From contig MU057597.1 in the NCBI GenBank assembly GCA_013265495.1, forward strand, positions 560,207 to 624,206: 64,000 bases of DNA. The letters are read 5' to 3'. The DNA comes from Vicugna vicugna. Taxonomy: Eukaryota. The stretch's first letter is position 1. The number at the start of each line of letters is the position of its first letter. Both the position numbers and the translations under genes were made by a program. Shown here piece by piece: positions 51,132 through 64,000 of this stretch. The notes beneath the pieces were generated by a model. That model was not told where the DNA came from. It was given only the letters and a program-made list of their open reading frames with translations, and searched no databases.

Positions 51132-52616
51132 GTAAGTGATCATAAAGGAAAAGGAATTCTTCTGCTTTAAATTGGTCCAGTGTCAAAGAAAAAGAGGAAG
51201 AAACTACTCATTTTCATTCAGAAATACATCTGCAGCAAGTTTACTTTCCAGAAATCACAGAGTACTTCTTCAGGGTCACTATATGTGTGCCAACAGCACC
51301 TCCATGATTAATAAAAACTAGAATAAACCTACAGGAATGATCTAATCTTTGATAGAAACAGTGTATATGATGGACAATTGCTAAAAATAGAAATACTTTC
51401 TCTGACTCTGGGTGTATAAAGTGCTTAACAAAGACATTGATGGATTCCCACTGTAAACATCCATAGTTGGTTGATTTGATCAGACCGATTTCCATCAAGT
51501 TAGGGAAGGGGAATGTTACACAAAGGTAACTTCGAAAATGGGTTTCAAGTACCACCTATCAGGCACAAAAGTACAGTGTGATCTATTCTCTGCTTTCAAA
51601 ATACTCTCACAGATCCAAGCTCTACAGATTCATTTTATACAATAAAAAGATATCACTTTTTTTAAATTTCATTTTCTATGCAGGTGATATATTAACATTT
51701 CACAAATATTCACCTCCTGTTAATACCTTTATTGTCATGGTAATTAATGTATCAGTTTATGATTTGAACTTAGACATATTTATTTTCTATGCCACACGGC
51801 TTTTCACATGCTGATATTTCAACTGTCACAGTCCAGGGCATGACAGAGTCATCAGTAATTCCTCTGAGAGATATCTTTCCAATCTTGCGTAAAAGCAACT
51901 TAGTATTTCTGTTGTCAAACCAATAAAAAGCTGAGAGTGAATTTTTAAAATGCCATGGCATAGAACACATCCCTTGAATTATACTATATTCAGTTTTTCC
52001 ACATTTAATTAAGATACATAAAACCTTATCCATACTTGGTACTGTCCCATACAATAAACAAAGATAAATGGAATCTTGATACAGAAATATTTTTTAAAAT
52101 ACCAGAAAATCTAAAAGGAAGGGATGAGGGATGAAAATACATAAATATAAATTTGTCTTTTATTTAAAAAAATAACTAACTACCTTTGTAAAAATATCAT
52201 ATAAGTGTGCTGTGATTTTAGCAATTTAATCAGGTTCTAATCTCCAGCTTTTTCATAAAAAGGCTGTAAATTTGGACAACTCATTGAACTTTATAAGCCC
52301 CAGTGCTCCTAATGTTCTGAATTTGAATACTAGTAATGACTCTTAGATGAATTTAGGATGAATGCTGAGTTTATTAAAGACATAACTTTTATACACTATC
52401 CCAGGTTTTGCAAAGGTCTTCCAATGTTATACACTGATCACTCAGACACTTGTTTAAAAGAAAGAAATATAATTACTTTTCAATGGGAACTAATGCACAC
52501 GAAGAATATTGATTGAAGAATATCAATTTCACTTGATATGATACACGGAGCTCTGCCTCATATCTCCAAGCGGGAATCTCTGGTTCAGAAGAATATTTTC
52601 CCTGGGATTTGACAGA

Positions 52617-53516
52617 ATGGCCATCAATCATCTGGCAATAGGAGTGATCATTTCATTACAGACTGTAGCAGGACTTCTTGGGAATTTCTGTCTTGTTTAC
52701 CATTTTCTCTTCCTTTACTTCACAGGAGGCAGATTCAGGTCCACAGATTTGATTCTCAAGCACTTGACTTCAGCTAATCTCTTAGTTCTTCTTTCCAAAG
52801 AAATCCCAGAAACACCAGAAGCTTTTGGGTTGAAATCTTTCCTCAATGACTTTGGATGCAAACTTGTATTTTATGTTCAAAGAGTGAGCAGAGATGTGTC
52901 CATGGGCACCACCTGCATCCTGAGTATCTTTCAGGTGATCATGATCAGCCCCAGCGGCTCCAGGTTGGCAGAGCTTAAGGTAAAAGCTCCCAGGTTCATG
53001 GGCACCTCCAGTATGCTCTGCTGGATCTTCAGCATGTTTCTAAATATTTTGGTTCCTCTTTCTACAACAGACAAGTTGAACATGACAATAATCACAGAGT
53101 ATATTGATCATGGCTACTGTTATTCAATAACTTTTGGTAAAATTGGGGACATACTCTATGCACCACTTGTATTACTCCAGGATGGTTTCCGTTTGGTGCT
53201 GATGGTCTGGGCCAGTGGCTCCATGGTTTTTATCCTGCACAGGCACAAGCAGCGGGTCCAGTACATTCACAGGAACAATCAGACTCCTAGACCCTCCGCT
53301 GAGACCACAGCTATGCAAAGCATCCTTGTCCTGTTGGGCGTCTTTGTTTCTTTATGGACAGTCTCCTCTGTCTTTCACATTTGTGCCTCAGTTTTTCACA
53401 ATCCCAGTTTCTGGCTGAAGAACACTTCCAGGATAATTGCTGGGTGTTTCCCAACTGTCAGCCCCTACATTCTCCTGATCCAGGATTCTAGAGTCTCTAC
53501 GTTCTGCTTTGCTTAG
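52617..53516 (+). CDS. VN1R4-like: Vomeronasal type-1 receptor, 299 aa, open ORF; close paralog of the 31085 gene
   Basis: GLLGN, RSTDLILKH, GCKLVFYVQR, LHRHKQRVQYIH, CFPTVSPY. Confidence 0.95.
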   Translation: MAINHLAIGVIISLQTVAGLLGNFCLVYHFLFLYFTGGRFRSTDLILKHLTSANLLVLLSKEIPETPEAFGLKSFLNDFGCKLVFYVQRVSRDVSMGTTCILSIFQVIMISPSGSRLAELKVKAPRFMGTSSMLCWIFSMFLNILVPLSTTDKLNMTIITEYIDHGYCYSITFGKIGDILYAPLVLLQDGFRLVLMVWASGSMVFILHRHKQRVQYIHRNNQTPRPSAETTAMQSILVLLGVFVSLWTVSSVFHICASVFHNPSFWLKNTSRIIAGCFPTVSPYILLIQDSRVSTFCFA

Positions 53517-53844
53517 AATGCCATAAAATTACCAGTATCTATTAAAATATGTAAATTATATGCATACTTACAATGGTTGTTCATTTATCCATTAACCGCA
53601 TTAAATGTGTGAAATTTCTGAACTGTTTTCAAGAGAGTGGTACACAAGATGAGCTGAGGTTTTGCTCCTAAATGAACAACACCACCCACAGCAATGATAA
53701 TAGGAATGTGATGAAGTTATCAAGTTCATAGATATGGAATTTAGTTCTTCCTAATATTTCTTAAAGAGGAGCTCAGTGTCCGTGGGTTATTTAAACTGTG
53801 GTGCAGAAACAATCTGGAGATTATGGATAAGCTATTAAGAATGT

Positions 53845-55200
53845 GTTGTGATCCAGAGCAGGCTGCCCCAAAATATGCTTCAATGATATATCGATTATTT
53901 CAAATTAAACTTACTTTAGAAATGGCCAATGGAAAAGGAAAATTTTTATTCTCCCTTGTGTCACCCCGAATACAGGACATAAATTTCCGTTCTGAAAGCT
54001 GCCCTCCCTGTACTGGAAGATGGAAATTAATACTTACCACTCGTGTGGATAAAAATGTTGCTCGCAATATCAGCAAGCAAATGATGCTGTGACCAACAGG
54101 CCATTAGGCACTTCCGCTGCCCCTGAGGCAACTCAGGAAGTAGACAATTGGGCTGACCCTTGCCTACCCTTCCACCACTGCAGCCATCAGTAAGGGTATA
54201 TCCTGAGGGGACCCAGAGAAGTAAGAAACTGATACTGGCCCCAGACAGCTAAGGTACATATCAAAGGAATGAATTCAGTGAGCCCAGACTCTTGCCTCTT
54301 CCCACACACAGAACAGCACTAAATTCATTAACTTGACACATCTGGTCTTCCCTAATTAGTAGTAAGCTTTCAATGCTCTGACCACCTGGGTTTTGTTGAA
54401 AACTGTATATTCTGCCTCCACCCTTAGCTCTGCAGAGCCAGGCCCTCAGTGCTATCTGAGAGGCTGCTTCCCACACTTTAAGTCCTCAGAAATTCCAAGG
54501 AATAGCACTTAAGGTTTTGCTATATTTTTTTCAATTAACACTGGAGATAATGAATTCAGGTCCAACAGACCTATATAAACAAGCCTGCTCAATGTTTTCC
54601 CTTAGTGAGCAACCAATCCCAAACTTCTTTGTCCTGTCAATTCTTCTCAAATATATTTTTCCTTGTTTAAAAAGGTTAAAATCTACCTGAATTGGCTACT
54701 TCTTAGGTGTTATTTCTAGGAGAACTCTATGGGCACAAAGTACATTTGTTTTCTCTGGTTAATATGTCTTGCATCAATTTTATGACTAGACCAGCCACAG
54801 GAAGACAAGAGAGATAGAGGGGAAGGTCTCCCTCCCCAACAGTTGGTGAGGCAGCAAGGAGACTGACTGGACCTCATTTCCTGTCCCCAGGCAGCGGCAG
54901 CTGAGAGATCCTGGGACACTGACAAAGGCCAACAGAAGGTAAGATTTCTTACCATATCAGTCCCCCAGACCTCTGCCTGCAAGGTCTGGTGGAGGGGAAC
55001 ATGGGGTGAGAGTCCCTTTTCTGTGTTTCTACGTTTAGATTAGCATGAGAAAATATTTTTGTAGCTAGTTCCACTGAATGTCATGACTCTGCTTATGGTA
55101 AATGAGTACTCTGTTTTTCTATTGATCTTGTTTTTGTTGTTTTCTGCCTGTTGGGTCATTTCTCATAAGGAGGAAGAACTGTAAGCAGAGATGGTAGAGG
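53845..55200 (+). mobile_element. ERV1 LTR, PBS and leader paralogous to 45030-45900
   Basis: CCAGAGCAGGCTGCC.CAAAATATGC start, CCCCAACA end at 54841, PBS 54844-54861. Confidence 0.8.
54044..54540 (+). mobile_element. Nested solo LTR
   Basis: TGTGGATAAAA...TTAACA with 4-bp TSD CTCG/CTGG; absent from the 45030 copy. Confidence 0.8.
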
Positions 55201-55743
55201 TTCCATGGAGAAAGGGTAAGAGAAGCCATTTTTTGCCTAAGCCATTTTGTGACTTAACCTGGACACAATGCTTATCCTTCAAAAATTCTGAGTAAATAAA
55301 CATCCTAAGGAAACAAAGGCATGCTGAAACATTGCCTGTTATCAGTAGGGAACTGAGAGTAGTAAAGGTAGCACATCAGCATGTAAAGATTCCTAGTTCT
55401 GTTTCAGTGGTAAAGATTAGCCTGAGTCACTCAACCACCAGATCCACTGGAGCCTGAGGAATGCGGATGTTGGTCTTTTCTGATCCTCCTGACTTCAATC
55501 AACTAAAGATTTGACTCTGTCTCTTGACCACTCAAGGTCCTTCATAAATATCATATACCCTTAGCTTAAAACTTTCCTTATTTTGCCAGATGGGAGACAC
55601 TGATTTAGGAATGACCTGCAGGGTCCTTCAAACTTCCTGCTTGATATAAATCATTTCTTCTCCTGGTCTTTGACTTGGTTGTGCCTTTTGGCTCAATATT
55701 TAACAAGAGGTGAAACTAGTTTTTGGTAACAAAACCTTAGGAC

Positions 55744-55855
55744 GGGGGTTAGGGGTGTAGCTCAGTGGTAGAGCCTCTGCTTACTACTCACAAACTCCCG
55801 ATTCAATCCCCAGTACCCACATTAAACATAAACAAATGAAAATACAACAACAACA
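55744..55855 (+). mobile_element. Camelid tRNA-derived SINE
   Basis: GGGGTGTAGCTCAGTGGTAGAGC...TTCAATCCCCAGTACC plus A-rich tail. Confidence 0.85.
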
Positions 55856-57855
55856 GGACAGGGGGCCAAGATGGCAGAGTAGAAGGATGCTCGTAGCTCA
55901 CCCTCTCCCACAAATACACCAAAACTCATCCACGGACCCACCCGGCTAACCAGAGCACCTGCTGAACTCCAACAGAACTTCACCCTCTTCAAAAGACAAA
56001 GATACTAGAAGTCTGGTAGGAGAAAAGGAAAAAAAGAAAGAAGAAAAGGCAAAACAGTGTGGGGCTGGTCCCGTGGGGAGGGAGTGGCAAAGGAGGAAGA
56101 GCGCTCGTTCGCTGGGTCTCCCCTTCTCCAACAGAGAGGCCAGTGGAATGGAGGGGAGCCTCCAAGGCTCGGATTTGTAGGGATCACCCTTTGACCGACA
56201 GAACTAAGTTAAACGGGCACAGAGGGTCCCCGCAACACCCAGCCTGAGACTACAGCCGGCAGCTGGGGGCCAGGCCAGGCTGCCCGAGCTGGGTGGAGGA
56301 CAGGGGCGGCTACACTGACACAGCCCTGGGGGCCTGCGTGGGGCTGTGTGCCGTGGTTGAGTGGGTGCACAGGGCAGAACAACCTGGGCACTCCATAAAA
56401 ATTCATGGCTGATGTGCCCTTGAGGGAAGGGTACCATTCCCCCATTTCTGCAAACCTGCGGAAGGTATTCAGATGAAGAGAGGCGGGGCTCAGGCATGGC
56501 CACCATATCCTCCAGCGGTTAGTACCCAGGCGGGGATGGGGCCAAAATCTGAATCCGCACCGAAAGGCTTAGCAGCCTCAAACGCTAGACGGAGACTTAT
56601 TTACAGCCCAAGGCAGATAGGATCTTACTGCTCTGGTACCTCAGAGAACTCGCTCCGCCAAGACAAACAAGGAGCTAAGTTTTGGCACAGAGCAGGGGCG
56701 GGAGGCCACCTGCCTTCCTGGCAGGAATGCAGCACCTGACCACGGTGCTGGGAAGGGGTGCAATCCGCCCGCCTACCTCGCCAGACTGCAACATCTGACT
56801 GCAGCATCGGTAGGAGGAGTGACCCACCCACCCACCGGGAAGGAGAGCAGCACCTGACCCCAGTGTTGGGAGGGGGCGCAATCTGCTTGCCAATAGGCAG
56901 GCACTGGGAGCAGCACAGCTGAAGGCACCAACGGAGGGACTCTGGAAACAGCAAGCTGAGTTCGCGAAACAGGACAAAGACAGAAAGACTTCTCATTAAG
57001 ATTGCACAGTCTCCATGAGAACACCCTCCCTTTTTTTAAAAATATTTTTTATCTGTTCTACTTTCTATTAACTTTCTTAATTTTTACTTTTGAAACAATT
57101 ATATATGGTTCCAGTCTTAATCCCTTTAAAATTTTTCTTTTAAAATACTTCTAGAATTATTTTTTAAATCCACCTCATTTCATTTTTATTTCTCTTGGTT
57201 TTGACCTCCTGTTATTGATTATATACAGGTTTCAAATATGTTATTCCTCTTTTCTCCTTTTTTAAAGGTTTTTACAGATGTCTCAACCTGATTGCTGTTC
57301 TGCTTCAACTTACTTTTCTATTATTGATTATACACTGTTTTCAAACCTTTTTTCTCCTTTCTTTTAAAATTCCCTTTTTTAAAATCTTTTTTATCTGTAC
57401 TATTTTCTATTACCTTTTTAATTTTTACATTCTAAACAACTGTATATGCTTCTAGTCTTAATCCTTTTTAAATTTTTTCTTTTAAAATATTTTTATTATT
57501 ATTATTTTTAAAAATCCATCTGATTTCATTTTCAATTCTCTTGGTTTTGATCTATTGTAATTGATTATACACAGGTTTCAAATATTGTTTTTTGCTCTTT
57601 TCCCCTTTTGTTTTTTTTTAAAGGTTTTTAAAAAGACTTCTCAACTTGATTGCTAGTCTGATTCAAATTGCTCTTCCATTACTGATTATACACTTTTTTC
57701 AAACCTTTACTTTCTCCTTTCTTTTAAAATTCTCTCTCTCTCTTTTTAAGTTTTATTCCTGCATTGGTATTAGATAGATAAATAAATAAACTCCTTAAGG
57801 ACCACAATAGATAACTGATACTCCATAAGCCACAGTGTCAGAGAGGTCTGAGAAG

Positions 57856-58718
57856 ATGAAGAAGCAGAGGAACCACTCCCAATTAAAAGAGCAAGAGAAA
57901 TCCCCTGAAAGAACGATCATAGATAGACATAGATAGCCTATTAGATCAAGGTTTCAAAAAAGAGGTGATCAAAGTACTGAAGGAACTAAAAGAGGTAGTG
58001 TTTAGAGATATAAAATATGTCAAAAATGAAATTGAAGCTATAAAGAGCCAAGTAGAACTGGTAAACTCATTGGTTGAGATGAGAACTGATTTAAAGGCTG
58101 TACAAAGCAGACTAGATCATGCAGAGGAACAAATAAGTGACCTAGAAGACAGGACAACAGAAAGCATCCAATCAGAACAGCTAAGAGAAAAACAAGTGAA
58201 AACAACATAAAGGACCTATGGGATAATATAAAGCATGCCAATCTACGCCTAATAGGAGTTCTAGAAGGGGAAGAAAGAACAAAGGGGATTGAAAAGATAT
58301 TGGAAGAAATCATGATTGAAAACTTCCCAAACCTAAAGAAGGAATCAGATATCCAAGTACAGGAGGCTCAGAGTGTCTGAAACAGACCCACACCAAGACA
58401 TATCAAATCAAGATAGCCAGAGTCAAGAATAAAAAAATGACCCTAAAGGCAGCAATAGAAAAACAAAGACTAAGTTACAAGGGAACCCCCATAAGGTTCT
58501 CTGCTGATTTTTCTACACAAACACTACAGGCCAGGAGGGAGTGGCAAGATATATTCAAAGTTCTGAATGAAAAAAAGATGCAGCCTAGGATACACTATCC
58601 AGCAAGGCTATCATTTAGAATAGAAGGTGAGATAAAGAACTTCACAGACAAGCAAAAACTACAAGAGTTTAGCAACACTAAACCCATGCTTAAACAAATA
58701 TTGACAGGTCTACTCTAA
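57856..58718 (+). pseudogene. L1 ORF1 with stops and frameshifts
   Basis: MKKQRNHSQ start; YKGTPIRFSADFS, ARREW, YPARLSF motifs in broken frames. Confidence 0.9.
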
Positions 58719-59125
58719 ATAGAAGAGAAGCAGGATGCTACAGAAATGAGAAACTCATAACTGGAAAGGTGATAACTATCATGAATTACAAATAAAATAA
58801 ACACAAAATTGTAAAAGGAGATATCTAAATCATTAAGACTGGGAGAGGGAAGGAAGAAAATATAGAGTCTTTTTTTCTCTTCTTCTTTTTAAAATTTTCT
58901 GTTCTTAGTAGGATGGGTTTGAGCATATACTACTATAGGTTTAGTACAAACAGTTGTAGTAATGGGCTAATAGACTTAAAGAAAAGGGTAACCACAAGCC
59001 AAAAACTTACAGTGAGTCATAAAACCTAAATAAAATCCATGATAATACAAAGGAAAATTACCAAACAACAAAGGGAAGAAGGAACAAAGAGGAAATACCA
59101 AGTCAACTGCAAAAATAAGTTCAAA

Positions 59126-62925
<3,800 letters not shown>

Positions 62926-64000
62926 AAAAAAAAACTAACTAACAAAGCATAAATATAAAACAGAAATAGACTCATAGACATAGAACATAGACTTGTGGTT
63001 GCCAAGGGAGCAGGGGGTGGGAAGAGATAGACTGGGATTTCAAAATTGTAGAATAGATAAACAAGACTATACTGTATAGCACAGGGAAATAAACACAAGA
63101 TCTTATGATAGCTCACAGAGAAAAAAATGTGACAATGAATATATATATGTTCATATATAATGGAAAATTTTTGCTCTACACTGGAATTTGACACAACATT
63201 GTAAAATGATTATAAATCAATAAAAAAGTCTTTAAAAAAATCAAGAGCTGTTTCTTTAAGATGGATAAAATTGATCACCACTAGCCAGGCTAATGAGGAA
63301 ATAAGGAGAGAAGATGCAAATTACCAATATCAGAAATAGAATAAAAAATATCATTACAAATCCAATGGATATTAAACTGATATATAATTTTTAAGTGTCA
63401 TAAACAAAATAATAATAATATTACTGTTATTATTTTTGGAGACATTTTGTCAAACATTCTGTATAGGTTAAAACTTGATTTTTACTCCAGTTTACAAGAA
63501 CTAGAATTTATCTAAAAAGATCACAGACGTATACAAACACATAGCCATAATGTTTAAGCAGTATCTATAATGGAAAAGAATAAGAGAAGTAAGGACAAAA
63601 TGAATCAAATTTGTTGACATTTTGTGCGTCCAGACAAATGGGGACTTTGGACACTTTCAAAGTGATCCTGAAGAAAATATCAATGTCACAGAAATCAAGG
63701 TAATTTTTATTTAGAAAAATCTTATATGCCTATTTGTGGATGACACTGAATTTTTTTAAATGAACTAGAGTGTGAACATACACAACAATATAAAATAGAA
63801 CCATTGGGATTGAATCTTATTTCTTGGAAAAATCTATCGCCTGTGCTGAGGATTATTTTAGAAATTTCACACAGTTCAGCATATATTGCTAATACGATTT
63901 CTCTAAACAGTCGAAAAATACAGGAAAATATTAAGGAAGAGTATGTCTGTGGCATGACTGGGGGGTATAATAGAAACTATCAAAACCCAGGCTTAACTGG

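Noticed and set aside
55946..57024. Overlapping ORFs in the L1 5' UTR (ORF0-like)
   Set aside because: Expected in GC-rich sequence; no recognisable homology or other support.

Overview
This is mammalian genomic DNA, most likely camelid (alpaca/camel), inferred from five tRNA-Ala-derived Vic-1-type SINEs. The window is a vomeronasal type-1 receptor (V1R) / KRAB-ZNF / FAM90A cluster, the same gene mix as human 19q13.41-42 (ZNF677, VN1R2, VN1R4, FAM90A27P). In order it holds: two duplicated TATA promoter/first-exon units (1-3130); a spliced FAM90A gene with a disrupted last exon, open for 178 codons including the zinc knuckle (6373-8799); three intact single-exon V1R ORFs (18440+, 31085-, 52617+), each with an upstream non-coding exon and a shared promoter block; the 5' half of a KRAB-ZNF gene with no zinc-finger exon (CpG promoter at about 44.3 kb, minus strand); a V1R C-terminal remnant (44609-44710); many ERV/LTR, L1, SINE and MITE insertions; and a full-length but disabled L1 (55861-63240). 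The most interesting observations are an invariant 21-bp V1R promoter core with a conserved inverted GGTCACA/TGTGACC pair, a V1R+ERV cassette duplicated three times, a possible KRAB-only product, a candidate 1.9-kb L1 3' transduction, and mosaic identity between two V1R paralogs. I see no wholly new biological system. All alignments were done by eye and repeat-family names are from recognition, not database searches.
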